Part shown: positions 1 to 8,788 of the stretch, piece after piece
Layout of the letters: every line of letters begins with the position of its first letter
How positions within the stretch are numbered: the stretch's first letter is position 1
NCBI GenBank assembly: GCA_051889995.1
Contig: JBJFDL010000003.1
Span: 14,020 to 78,019, forward strand
Source: Christensenellales bacterium
Lineage (GTDB): Bacteria > Bacillota > Clostridia > Christensenellales > UBA1242
DNA length: 64,000 nt
Direction: 5' to 3'
Made by a program: the position numbers and the translations under genes
Notes under the pieces: generated by a model
What the model saw: the letters and a program-made list of their open reading frames with translations, nothing else
Told to the model about the DNA's origin: nothing
Databases searched by the model: none

Positions 1-2
1 CT

Positions 3-62
3 GTCTTAACCAGCAAAAATAAACTAATTTCAGAGACTCTTGTCAAGTACACCATGGAATAA
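3..62 (+). CDS. 3' end (last ~19 codons) of an unidentified CDS entering from upstream of the window
   Basis: This is the only frame open from the window edge (...VLTSKNKLISETLVKYTME*). The stop TAA is at 60-62 and a strong terminator follows 27 nt later. It is too short to identify. Confidence 0.3.
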   Translation, partial: VLTSKNKLISETLVKYTME

Positions 63-89
63 ATTAGCCATTATATAAAACAACAAAAA

Positions 90-128
90 GCGAAAATGTA
101 TTACGCTATGCCAACATTTTCGCTTTTT
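90..128 (+). terminator. Rho-independent terminator
   Basis: A 10-bp stem gcgaaaatgt(90-99)/acattttcgc(114-123) is followed by a T-run at 124-128. It is preceded by an A-run, so it may act in both directions. Confidence 0.75.
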
Positions 129-328
129 GAGTTCATTTATTAGTTATTTGAGTGTGCTTGTCTTCGGTGGAGCGAAGCGACACCGACTTGTATATGACAA
201 GCACACATTTAAGTGCCAACTTTAAATTTAATACATGTTTATTTAAAAATTTTCACAAATTTTGATACAGAATCAAATTTCTTATGATATAATATGAATG
301 TTAAATTAAAAATCACAAGGGGGACATT

Positions 329-1444
329 ATGATTCAGAAACATTTATCATATAAAGATATGACTGATTTGGGTTGTTTCTACACACCACAAAAGTTTGTT
401 GATAAACTTATAGATATGATAAAATCAAATATTGATAATTATAAGGAATACATATTTCTTGATTCTTCTTGTGGTTATGGCTCATTTTTAAAATCTTTAC
501 ATCCACTTAAAACTATTGGTTGCGATATAGATAAAAAAGCAATTGAACAGGCTAAAAATATTTATCCAGATAGTAAATACTATACTCTAAATACTTTAAG
601 TAATTTTACAAGAAACTCAATACAACTAAATAAAAATGATAAATTGATAATTATTGGCAATCCTCCATATAATGATACAACTTCAAAGATTAAGAATGAT
701 ATAAAAAAGCCAGAACCTTGTGTAATTGATAATGATATAAAAACTCGAGATTTAGGAATTTCTTTTCTCCTTTCTTATAATAAACTAAAACCAGATTATG
801 TCGCCATATTACATCCTTTATCTTACATAATAAAAAAGGCAAATTATGAGTTGCTTAAATCTTTTTATAACAATTATAGTTTATTAGATCATTGTGTCAT
901 TAACAGTCAGGAGTTTAGCATGACCTCGAAAACTAGGGGCTTTCCAATTATTCTTGCCTTGTATAAAAAGGACGCAAATGGTTTTAAATATAATGATGCT
1001 TTGAATATGAACTTTATGACAATAGATAATCAATTTTTTAATCTTAAACATGACTATATTAAAAATTATGTATCAAAGTATCCTTCAAAAAACAAAAAAT
1101 ATAATAATGACGATATTTTGTTCTTTACAATGAGAGATATTAATGCTTTAAATAGAAGTAGAACATTTATTAAAGAATTATCAGATAACGCAATTATTAT
1201 TGATAAGAAAAAATTTGCTTATTATTGTTATGTTGATATTTTTAAGGACCATATCAACGAATTGCCATACTATTATGGAAACTGTGATGTTTTTATAAAC
1301 AACAGTGATTTTCTTCTGATAAAGGATGTTTTTATTACAAAAAGCATAGAAAAGCACCCTTGGTTAAAATCTAAAATTGTATATAATGAAAATACAAATT
1401 TTAGTTTAATTGATAATTATTTTAAAAAGTTATTTAATGCATAA
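329..1444 (+). CDS. N6-adenine (amino) DNA methyltransferase, gamma-class (Eco57I/TaqI-like motif order)
   Basis: 371 aa with SD aagggggac. An AdoMet motif-I-like DSSCGYGSF is followed by the catalytic motif IV IIGNPPYN, and a long C-terminal region could be the target-recognition domain. Confidence 0.75.
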   Translation: MIQKHLSYKDMTDLGCFYTPQKFVDKLIDMIKSNIDNYKEYIFLDSSCGYGSFLKSLHPLKTIGCDIDKKAIEQAKNIYPDSKYYTLNTLSNFTRNSIQLNKNDKLIIIGNPPYNDTTSKIKNDIKKPEPCVIDNDIKTRDLGISFLLSYNKLKPDYVAILHPLSYIIKKANYELLKSFYNNYSLLDHCVINSQEFSMTSKTRGFPIILALYKKDANGFKYNDALNMNFMTIDNQFFNLKHDYIKNYVSKYPSKNKKYNNDDILFFTMRDINALNRSRTFIKELSDNAIIIDKKKFAYYCYVDIFKDHINELPYYYGNCDVFINNSDFLLIKDVFITKSIEKHPWLKSKIVYNENTNFSLIDNYFKKLFNA

Positions 1445-1459
1445 AGGAGAAAAGAAAAT

Positions 1460-2215
1460 ATGTTTATCAAAGAAATAAATAAAGAAGAAATAAAGGTCGC
1501 AATTCCTCTTACAAAAGGAACAGAAAAAACTAGAATCAAAAGAAGGTCTATGCTTAATGAATATGGTATTCCTGTATCAACAAAAGTTGAACCTTTTTCA
1601 CAAAATTGTTATGTCGAATGGCAAATCGGCTATGATGTTATTAAAGCTGATACGGAAAAACTACAAAAAACAACATTAAAAGATTTTAGTTTTATAGGTG
1701 CAAACGGAAAGGAAAAAACATTATATGAATTGTCTGAATACATAAAATATTTTTTTGATTGGGGGATTATTTCAAAAAAGAATTTAGATGATGTTAAGGA
1801 GTATTTATTGAATCTTTCAGAAGAAAGTTATTTAGATACAAACCCAGATTTGTCAATTAAAAGAACACACCCTATTTATAAAGAAATAAATGGCTTTAAT
1901 TTTATGTGGACTAAGGTTGAATACCCATTGTTAGTTTATAAATTTGGAAAATTTGAAATAGTTGCTGAAATTAAAATAACAGAAAAACAACACGCTATTG
2001 GAACACAACCTATGTTGTTTTTGTGTTTTCCTATAACAGAACTAGAAAATAGTGAAAATCTTTTAGGTAGAACCGCAGAAACCAAAGAAACTGCAAATTT
2101 TGTTATAAATAAGAAGAATATTAATGTTTTTTTAGAAATGTTAAAATTATTTGGAACATTAAGCAAAAGCCATAATAAAGACATTATTAGTATTATTGAT
2201 ATTATTATTGAATAA
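1460..2215 (+). CDS. Hypothetical protein; candidate cognate restriction endonuclease or effector of the adjacent methyltransferase
   Basis: 251 aa with SD aaaggagaa, starting 15 nt after the MTase stop on the same strand and followed by a terminator. No family was recognised. There is only a weak PD...EIK arrangement (NPD aa129-130, EIK aa170-172). Confidence 0.35.
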   Translation: MFIKEINKEEIKVAIPLTKGTEKTRIKRRSMLNEYGIPVSTKVEPFSQNCYVEWQIGYDVIKADTEKLQKTTLKDFSFIGANGKEKTLYELSEYIKYFFDWGIISKKNLDDVKEYLLNLSEESYLDTNPDLSIKRTHPIYKEINGFNFMWTKVEYPLLVYKFGKFEIVAEIKITEKQHAIGTQPMLFLCFPITELENSENLLGRTAETKETANFVINKKNINVFLEMLKLFGTLSKSHNKDIISIIDIIIE

Positions 2216-2218
2216 AAA

Positions 2219-2248
2219 ATGCTATCATTGTTGATAGCATTTTATTTT
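2219..2248 (+). terminator. Rho-independent terminator
   Basis: Stem atgctatca/tgatagcat with loop ttgt, followed by tttatttt. Confidence 0.8.
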
Positions 2249-2289
2249 GTTGGTTTAAAAAGTTCTTAACCTTAGTTTCCTTTTTTTAT

Positions 2290-2317
2290 TAAAAAATAGC
2301 ACATTATTTTGTGCTAT
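2290..2317 (-). terminator. Rho-independent terminator overlapping the stop codon of the DUF4364-like gene
   Basis: Stem atagcaca(2296-2303)/tgtgctat(2310-2317). On the minus strand it is followed by ttttttaat. Confidence 0.6.
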
Positions 2318-2900
2318 CATCATCTTGACTTGAATTTTCTTTTTCGCTAAGATTTTCATAAATGCTCTCATAAATTAATGGGGCATTCTTTTTCCAAATT
2401 TTACAAGCATTGATTGCTTGATTTCTAGTTGGGAATTTCATTTTAATATCAATAGCATTTGCATCTCTAATATCTTTTATTTTTAAATTTGCAACATAAC
2501 TATCTTCTTTCACTTTTACAAAATTACAAACATATTCTTGTGAACGTTTCAGTTCCATTCTGTTATCTCTACAAAAATCAAAGATTTGATTTCTTAAATC
2601 TTCTTGAATTTGAGAATAAAAATGTTCCAGACAATTTCTTCCAAGTTCTGTAATTGCATATCTTTCTTCACCATCTGCATCTTTTGTTTTTGAAATAAAA
2701 TTCATTTCAATAAGTTGAGGTAAAATATCAACAATTTCCATATAATTTAGCCAATTGTTTCGATTCCAACAAATATCTATGATTGATTGTTCAGTTAATG
2801 CAATTTCAATTTTGTCAAACATATAAAGTAAAATCAATTTGCTTACCATTGTGTCTGACCTAAAATTCATATTGCAAAGCATAGAATCTTTACTACTCAT
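2304..2900 (-). CDS. DUF4364-like winged-helix (PadR-like) protein
   Basis: The start was moved to the ATG at 2900 (SD gggag 7 nt upstream). The N-terminal wHTH-like region (KLILLYMFDKIEIALTEQSIIDI...YAITELG) and the C-terminal beta-rich part ending in K.WKKNAP..Y match my recollection of clostridial DUF4364 proteins. Confidence 0.5.
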   Translation of the reverse strand: MSSKDSMLCNMNFRSDTMVSKLILLYMFDKIEIALTEQSIIDICWNRNNWLNYMEIVDILPQLIEMNFISKTKDADGEERYAITELGRNCLEHFYSQIQEDLRNQIFDFCRDNRMELKRSQEYVCNFVKVKEDSYVANLKIKDIRDANAIDIKMKFPTRNQAINACKIWKKNAPLIYESIYENLSEKENSSQDDDSTK

Positions 2901-3021
2901 AATAAACTCCCAATAATATTTTATCACATTTTTTTATAAAAGTAAATATAAAACTGTTTACAAATAAAAAATTTATGTTATAATATTAAAAGATGTGCAT
3001 AGCATCATAAAAGGAGCATAT

Positions 3022-3765
3022 ATGCAAAATGTTAATAATGAAAATTTAATTAAGATTTCAGAATTTTTAAATAGCGTAGATGGTTTGATAGATGGAAAAT
3101 TTATTTTAGCAGATATAAAGATTTCAAATTTGCTTAAAATGATTGCATCAAATCCTTCTTTGTATGAGTATATCAAAAAATGTTTAATTGATTTTAGTTT
3201 TGAAAAAGAACTTTCAAGAGCAGAAGTTAAAAACCGTTTTAATAACGGAGAGTTTAATTTGCCTACTGAAAAATATAAAATCGTTGCTTTTGTATTTTGC
3301 TTGTTGGTTGAATGTGATGCAAAAAGAATGGATTTTTATGGATTCATAAATGAAAACTTTAAAACGAAAGATGGAAGAAGTGAATATTCTTATTTCTCTC
3401 AAAAAGTCCTTGTTCCTTTCAAACAAATAATAATTGATGAATTTTACAACAACAAGGAAGATGATGAAGAGAATGTTAAGGAAGATGATGAACAAGATAG
3501 CACACCAAACGAAGATATTTTTGAATTAATAAAAACCCCTTTAAAAGAAATGGTAGATAATATTGCCCTTGATAGAAAAATAAAAAATGTAGACAAGGAA
3601 AGTTTAAATTACATAATAAATAATATAATTTACAGTATGAAATATAAAGATTTAAATATTGTTAATGCGTTTATATCTGTGCTTGATATTCTTTCTAAAA
3701 AGATTTCGTCAATTCGTTCACCATTAAATGATATTAAAACAATTTTATTAAATTATTACAGTTAA
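3022..3765 (+). CDS. Hypothetical protein with a central acidic linker
   Basis: The start was moved to the ATG at 3022 (SD aaaaggag). It has a poly-D/E linker (NNKEDDEENVKEDDEQD). No family was recognised. Confidence 0.5.
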   Translation: MQNVNNENLIKISEFLNSVDGLIDGKFILADIKISNLLKMIASNPSLYEYIKKCLIDFSFEKELSRAEVKNRFNNGEFNLPTEKYKIVAFVFCLLVECDAKRMDFYGFINENFKTKDGRSEYSYFSQKVLVPFKQIIIDEFYNNKEDDEENVKEDDEQDSTPNEDIFELIKTPLKEMVDNIALDRKIKNVDKESLNYIINNIIYSMKYKDLNIVNAFISVLDILSKKISSIRSPLNDIKTILLNYYS

Positions 3766-4779
3766 TTAAATAATTATAAAACTAAGTATATAGCTCACGC
3801 ATATTGTTATTACGGCGTGAGTTATTTTTTGTAACACAAAAATTTTTTTGCTTATTTTTAATTTGTCCAAAAAGGTTAAAGATTGCAAAATTATACTTAA
3901 ACCTGAAAAACTAATAAGAGTGCTTGATAAAACAAAAGCTAGTCGTATATTAGAACTTTTAGATAGTATTGAAATTCCTTTTGTGATTTCTATTAGCCCA
4001 CTACAAAAACCTTGCGCTTCAATCTTAGATAATCCAAGAAATTCTAATAATTTAATTAATGGATAAAGAAAATTATAGTCTAATAAAATTTGTATTAAAA
4101 CGAAAAAGATAATAATATAACCGCCAACAATTAAAACAGATTTTATAGATGAATACATACAATCTTCAAGAGAAAAATTTTTATCAAAATTAATAGGTAA
4201 TTCATCTTGAATTTTGCTGTCTTTTTTACCACGAAAAATAATACCATTTATTATACTTGAAATGATATGAGATAAAAACATTATTATACCAATTTTTTCA
4301 TCACAAAAAAAACCAACGCCGACAGTTCCTATAACAAATAGGGGGCCACTCGTTGAACAAAACGAAAGAATTTTTTGAGCATCTTTTTTATCTAGAATTT
4401 TGTTTTCAACAAATTCGCTAGTAAGCTTTGCTCCAATAGGATAGCCTGAAATTATACTCATAAAAAATATGTAAGCACTTATACTTTTAGTGTTAAAAAC
4501 TCTTTTAGTTAAGAAACTAAATTTATTACAAAATTTAAAAATAATTTCAAAATTTGATAGCAATTTTGTTATGAAAAAAAACGGTAAAAGCGCTGGTAAA
4601 ATTTTTGTTCCATAAAGTAAAATTCCATCAACAACCACAAGTAAATATCTCTTTGAATTTATAATAAAAAATAAAGAAATTATAACTAAAAAAAATGTTA
4701 AAAATATTTGAAAATTGTTTTTATTTTTTGATAATATTTTACGCGAATTTTTATTAAAAGTTAACACTTCAATTTTCAT
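3766..4779 (-). CDS. ylbJ: YlbJ-like sporulation integral membrane protein (nucleoside-recognition/Gate domains)
   Basis: Polytopic 337-aa protein with ISGYPIGAKL and STSGPLFVIG motifs. It is adjacent to the ylbM/tmcAL homolog, as in Bacillus. Confidence 0.55.
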   Translation of the reverse strand: MKIEVLTFNKNSRKILSKNKNNFQIFLTFFLVIISLFFIINSKRYLLVVVDGILLYGTKILPALLPFFFITKLLSNFEIIFKFCNKFSFLTKRVFNTKSISAYIFFMSIISGYPIGAKLTSEFVENKILDKKDAQKILSFCSTSGPLFVIGTVGVGFFCDEKIGIIMFLSHIISSIINGIIFRGKKDSKIQDELPINFDKNFSLEDCMYSSIKSVLIVGGYIIIFFVLIQILLDYNFLYPLIKLLEFLGLSKIEAQGFCSGLIEITKGISILSKSSNIRLAFVLSSTLISFSGLSIILQSLTFLDKLKISKKIFVLQKITHAVITICVSYILSFIII

Positions 4780-4822
4780 AAAATATTATATTAAAATAAA
4801 TATTTTTTTATTAATACATTTT

Positions 4823-6058
4823 TTACTTTACACTTACCATTTTGTTATAAATATCTTCTTCTAAAAGGTGAGTGTTACTAATTAAATTATAAACACTATT
4901 TGCTTTATTTTCTATTTCAAATAATTTTTTATTATATGAACATCTGTTAATTTTTCTTTCATCCTGTTTTCTTAATATTAAACATTTTGTGTTAATATTC
5001 TTCAAAATGTCGCTGTTTTTACAGTTTAAAGCAAGAGTTTTTACATAAATATTATTTTTTATGGTGTAAATTTTATTAACTGTTTTTTTGTCGATGTCAA
5101 GCAAAATATTAAGTAGTGCAGAATTTAATTTATTTTCTTTATATCTTTTTGTTTTTAATTTGTCATAGAATTCATCAAAAGAATTTGTATTACAAGCAAG
5201 TCTTTTAATTCTGTTTTCAAGTCCTTCATCAACAGCATAAATCTTTTTTATTTGTGATGTTTTTGTAGTTTTAATTTTATACAAAATAAGGTCGTGAAAT
5301 TTATTTAAATTTACGTCTGAGTTAACTAATAATTCATCGATATTTTTTACTAAAAAATTTTTAAATTTATCAAGATTTTTGTTTAATAAATTTTCACGAA
5401 TGAAGCTGGCACTAACAAAATTTTCTACAATTTTTTTATCATTATAATTATCTGCTCTTTTTATGAAAACAGGTTTAATTTTACTCTTTGTTTTAAGTAT
5501 TGATTTGATATATTCTAATGCTAAAATATTATTTGGTTTTTTAAGAATGTTTAACACATCTTCTTGTAAATTTTTTTCAAAAAGATTAATATTTTCTTCT
5601 AGTGATTTTGTAAAAGCGTTATTGTAATTTAATCCAAGTTTTAAATTTTTCTTCAAAGAAATTTTAAAACTTTTTGGATTTTTTAAACAAAATTTTGCAA
5701 GACTATAAAATGCTTTCTCGTTTAAAGTTTCAACTCCAAAAGCAAGATAATCTACATTGAATTTATTTAAAATTTTTATGCTTGACAAAGCAAAAATTTC
5801 TGCATTATTAGTGCAGAAAACTGTTGGTAAATTAATGATTAAATCCATACCATTTAACGTTGCAATTTTTGCCCTTGAATATTTATCTAAAACACAAGGT
5901 TCACTTCGTTGACTAAAGTTTCCACTCATTAGTCCTAAAACATAATTTGCCCCCGTTATTTTTTTTGCATTTTCAATTAAGTAAGTGTGACCAGTGTGCA
6001 TTGGATTATATTCACAAATTATTGCACACACTTTCTTTTTATCCAAAAATTTGTCCAT
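4823..6058 (-). CDS. tmcAL: tRNA(Met) cytidine acetate ligase (YlbM/UPF0348 nucleotidyltransferase)
   Basis: The N-terminus has AIICEYNPMHTGHTYLI (the HxGH nucleotidyltransferase motif typical of TmcAL). 411 aa. Confidence 0.75.
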   Translation of the reverse strand: MDKFLDKKKVCAIICEYNPMHTGHTYLIENAKKITGANYVLGLMSGNFSQRSEPCVLDKYSRAKIATLNGMDLIINLPTVFCTNNAEIFALSSIKILNKFNVDYLAFGVETLNEKAFYSLAKFCLKNPKSFKISLKKNLKLGLNYNNAFTKSLEENINLFEKNLQEDVLNILKKPNNILALEYIKSILKTKSKIKPVFIKRADNYNDKKIVENFVSASFIRENLLNKNLDKFKNFLVKNIDELLVNSDVNLNKFHDLILYKIKTTKTSQIKKIYAVDEGLENRIKRLACNTNSFDEFYDKLKTKRYKENKLNSALLNILLDIDKKTVNKIYTIKNNIYVKTLALNCKNSDILKNINTKCLILRKQDERKINRCSYNKKLFEIENKANSVYNLISNTHLLEEDIYNKMVSVK

Positions 6059-6169
6059 ATTTAATTTTATAACATTATTTAAAAAAAATCAAATTATACT
6101 TCAAAATTGCTTGCAAAACTTAAAAAAAAACAATATACTAAACTTAAACAAAAAATGAAGGTGGTAAAT

Positions 6170-7363
6170 ATGAAAATTTTAGTTATTAATAGTGGTAGTT
6201 CAAGTTTGAAGTATCAATTTCTTAATATGGAAGACGAAAGCGTTATTGCTAAAGGAACAGTTGAACGAATTGGAATGGATGGTAGTTTTTTAACTCACAA
6301 AGTTAATGGTGAAGAAATTGTAATTAAAGATGACATTAAAAATCATAGCATTGCAATCTCTTTGGTTTTAAAATGTTTAACAGAAGGTGAAAAAGCAGTT
6401 ATTAAAGATATAAATGAAATTAGTGCATTTGGTCATCGATGCGTTCATGGTGGCGAAATGAAGGGCGCTAAGATTATTGATGATGAAATAATAAATTATT
6501 TGAAAGACAATGTTGAACTTGCTCCATTGCATACTCCAGCAAATATAATTGGTATTGAAGCTTGTAGAGAAATTGCTCCAACCATTCCTAATGTTGCTGT
6601 GTTCGACACTGCATTCCATCAAACAATGCCTAAAAAAGCATTTTTGTATGCAATTCCTCAAAAATATTACAAAGAATATAAAATTAGAAGATATGGTTTC
6701 CATGGAACAAGTCATAAATATGTTTCACAACTTGCTGCAGAAATGTTAGGAAAAGACATTAAAGACACAAAAATCATAACTTGTCACATTGGAAATGGCG
6801 CAAGCATTGCTGCTATTAAGGGTGGGGAATGTATGGATACATCAATGGGCTTTACTCCTCTTGCTGGCGTTATGATGGGAACAAGAAGTGGTGACGTTGA
6901 CCCTTCTGTGTTAGAATATTTAATGAAGAAAACTGGATATTCAATATCTGAAGCAACAAATTGTTTAAATAAACAAAGTGGACTACTTGGTGTTAGTGGC
7001 TTTAGTAGCGATAGTAGAGATATAACTGGAAAACTTGACACTGACGAAAATGCAAAACTTGCAATGGAAATGATGTGTTATTCAATTACAAAATATGTCG
7101 GCAGTTATGCGGCAGTGTTAAATGGCGTTGATGCAATTGTGTTCACAGCAGGAATTGGTGAAAATTCACCAGAGTTAAGAGCGGGAGTTTTAGACAATCT
7201 AGGATATCTTGGCGTTGAATATGATAAAGAATTAAATAATTCAACAAGAAGAAAACCTGCAACAGAAATAAGCACAAAAGATAGTAAAGTAAAAGTTTAT
7301 GTAATTCCAACAAATGAAGAACTTGTAATTGCAAGAGAAACAAAAGAAATTTTGAAAAAATAA
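6170..7363 (+). CDS. ackA: Acetate kinase
   Basis: MKILVINSGSSSLKYQ..., GFHGTSH, and the C-terminal IPTNEELVIA. The start was moved to the ATG at 6170 (SD gaaggtgg). Confidence 0.95.
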   Translation: MKILVINSGSSSLKYQFLNMEDESVIAKGTVERIGMDGSFLTHKVNGEEIVIKDDIKNHSIAISLVLKCLTEGEKAVIKDINEISAFGHRCVHGGEMKGAKIIDDEIINYLKDNVELAPLHTPANIIGIEACREIAPTIPNVAVFDTAFHQTMPKKAFLYAIPQKYYKEYKIRRYGFHGTSHKYVSQLAAEMLGKDIKDTKIITCHIGNGASIAAIKGGECMDTSMGFTPLAGVMMGTRSGDVDPSVLEYLMKKTGYSISEATNCLNKQSGLLGVSGFSSDSRDITGKLDTDENAKLAMEMMCYSITKYVGSYAAVLNGVDAIVFTAGIGENSPELRAGVLDNLGYLGVEYDKELNNSTRRKPATEISTKDSKVKVYVIPTNEELVIARETKEILKK

Positions 7364-7372
7364 AAATATTGA

Positions 7373-7401
7373 TTGACAAATGAAATTATTTGTATTATAA
7401 T
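7373..7401 (+). promoter_or_regulatory. Sigma-A type promoter of rpmF
   Basis: TTGACA(7373-7378), a 17-nt spacer, then TATAAT(7396-7401). Confidence 0.6.
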
Positions 7402-7441
7402 GTCATAGTTTTTGACTTAAAAATTTATTAGGAGGTGCAAT

Positions 7442-7636
7442 ATGGCTGTTCCAAAGGTTAAGGTTAGTAAAGCAAGGCGTAATTCCAGAAAAGCAAACTG
7501 GAAAGTATCAACACCTTCTGTTGTAAAATGCCCACATTGTCACGAATATACATTGCCTCACATGGCTTGTAGTAAATGTGGCTACTATAAAGGTGAACTA
7601 ATCGTTGACAAATCAGACAAGAAAAAAGATGAATAA
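7442..7636 (+). CDS. rpmF: 50S ribosomal protein L32 (Zn-ribbon form)
   Basis: MAVPKVKVSKARRNSRKANWK with CPHC...CSKC. Confidence 0.95.
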   Translation: MAVPKVKVSKARRNSRKANWKVSTPSVVKCPHCHEYTLPHMACSKCGYYKGELIVDKSDKKKDE

Positions 7637-7639
7637 TTA

Positions 7640-7666
7640 AGAGTGTATTTTCACTCTTTTTTGTTG
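7640..7666 (+). terminator. Rho-independent terminator after rpmF
   Basis: Stem agagtg/cactct followed by ttttttgttgtttttt. A second hairpin plus T-run lies at 7703-7734. Confidence 0.7.
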
Positions 7667-7777
7667 TTTTTTAAAGGAAAATGTTGAACATTGAATATTA
7701 GAAAAGTCAAATTGAAAATCGTTTGACTTTTTTATTGTAAAATGTAATAATATATTAAATTTTACTTGGAGAAGAAT

Positions 7778-8788
7778 ATGATAAGAATTTTGTTAGATTG
7801 TTATGGCACAGATAGGGGAATGAGTGAAGTTGTCCTTGCTGGTGTTAATGCAATTAAAAAATTTAAAGATATTGAAATTACACTTGTAGGCAAAAAAGAA
7901 GATATTGAAAACGAACTTTTAAATTATTCATTTAATAAAAAAATGATTAAAATTATAGACGCAAGAGAAGAAATTACTTGCAATGAAAGTCCCGTTAAAG
8001 CTATTAAGGAAAAAACAGACAGTTCATTAGTGGTTGCATTAAACAATTTGAAAGAAGATTACGATGCAGTAATATCAGGTGGAAGCACTGGTGCAGTGCT
8101 TACTGGCGGTTTTTTAAAAATAGGAAGAGTTAAAGGTGTTTCAAGACCTGCCTTATGCCCACTTTTACCAACAATGGATGGTAAAAGTGTAATGCTTATT
8201 GACTGTGGTAGTAATGTCGATTGTAAACCAATAAATCTTTGTCACTTTGCTCAAATGGCAAATATTTATATGAAAAATGTTATGAAGGTGGAAAACCCAA
8301 AAATTGCATTGTTAAATATTGGTGAAGAAGAAGCCAAGGGGAATGAATTAAGTAAAGAAACTTATAAAATGTTAAAGGAAATGCCAATTAATTTTATTGG
8401 CAATATTGAAGCGAGGGATTTTTTAAGTGGAAAAGCCGATGTTGTTGTAAGTGATGGATTCAGTGGTAATGTTTTATTAAAAGGCACGGAAGGAGCAACA
8501 TTAATGGTGCTTAAAAAACTTAAAAACGAAATAAAAAATTCATTTTTTGCAAAAATTGGAGCACTTTTTATGCGCAAAGCCTTTAAAAACATAAGGAGTA
8601 GTTTAAATGTAAATGCTTATGGTGGTTCAGTTTTAATAGGACTTAAAAAGATTTTAATTAAAGTTCATGGCTCAAGCACTCAAGATGCAATCGTTGTTGC
8701 TATAGAACAAGCAATTGAATTAAAACAAAAGAAAGTAATTGAACAATTTGAAGAAGAATTTTCAAAAATCGCAGAAGAAGGAAATTAA
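7778..8788 (+). CDS. plsX: Phosphate acyltransferase PlsX
   Basis: Contains VISGGSTGA and VVSDGFSGNVLLKG motifs. The start was moved to the ATG at 7778 (SD ggagaa). Confidence 0.93.
   Translation: MIRILLDCYGTDRGMSEVVLAGVNAIKKFKDIEITLVGKKEDIENELLNYSFNKKMIKIIDAREEITCNESPVKAIKEKTDSSLVVALNNLKEDYDAVISGGSTGAVLTGGFLKIGRVKGVSRPALCPLLPTMDGKSVMLIDCGSNVDCKPINLCHFAQMANIYMKNVMKVENPKIALLNIGEEEAKGNELSKETYKMLKEMPINFIGNIEARDFLSGKADVVVSDGFSGNVLLKGTEGATLMVLKKLKNEIKNSFFAKIGALFMRKAFKNIRSSLNVNAYGGSVLIGLKKILIKVHGSSTQDAIVVAIEQAIELKQKKVIEQFEEEFSKIAEEGN

Noticed and set aside
1-55. An alternative reading of the repeat is a minus-strand gene start (ATG at 55-53, MVYLTRVSEISLFLLVKT...) leaving the window.
   Set aside because: This frame is also open and its substitutions in the second copy are conservative. 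However, it has no SD, a terminator (90-128) would sit in its promoter region, and the + frame ends with a stop followed by that terminator. The + strand 3'-end reading is simpler. This is not fully excluded.
6107-6169. The track gives N-terminal extensions for ackA (6107), plsX (7766), rplF (19785), rpmD (21281), rpsM (25366), the LysM gene (48493), the SBP gene (57123) and the DUF4364-like gene (2927).
   Set aside because: In each case an internal ATG is preceded by a good SD at 5-10 nt and yields the canonical conserved N-terminus. The extensions lack an SD and overlap upstream genes or promoters.
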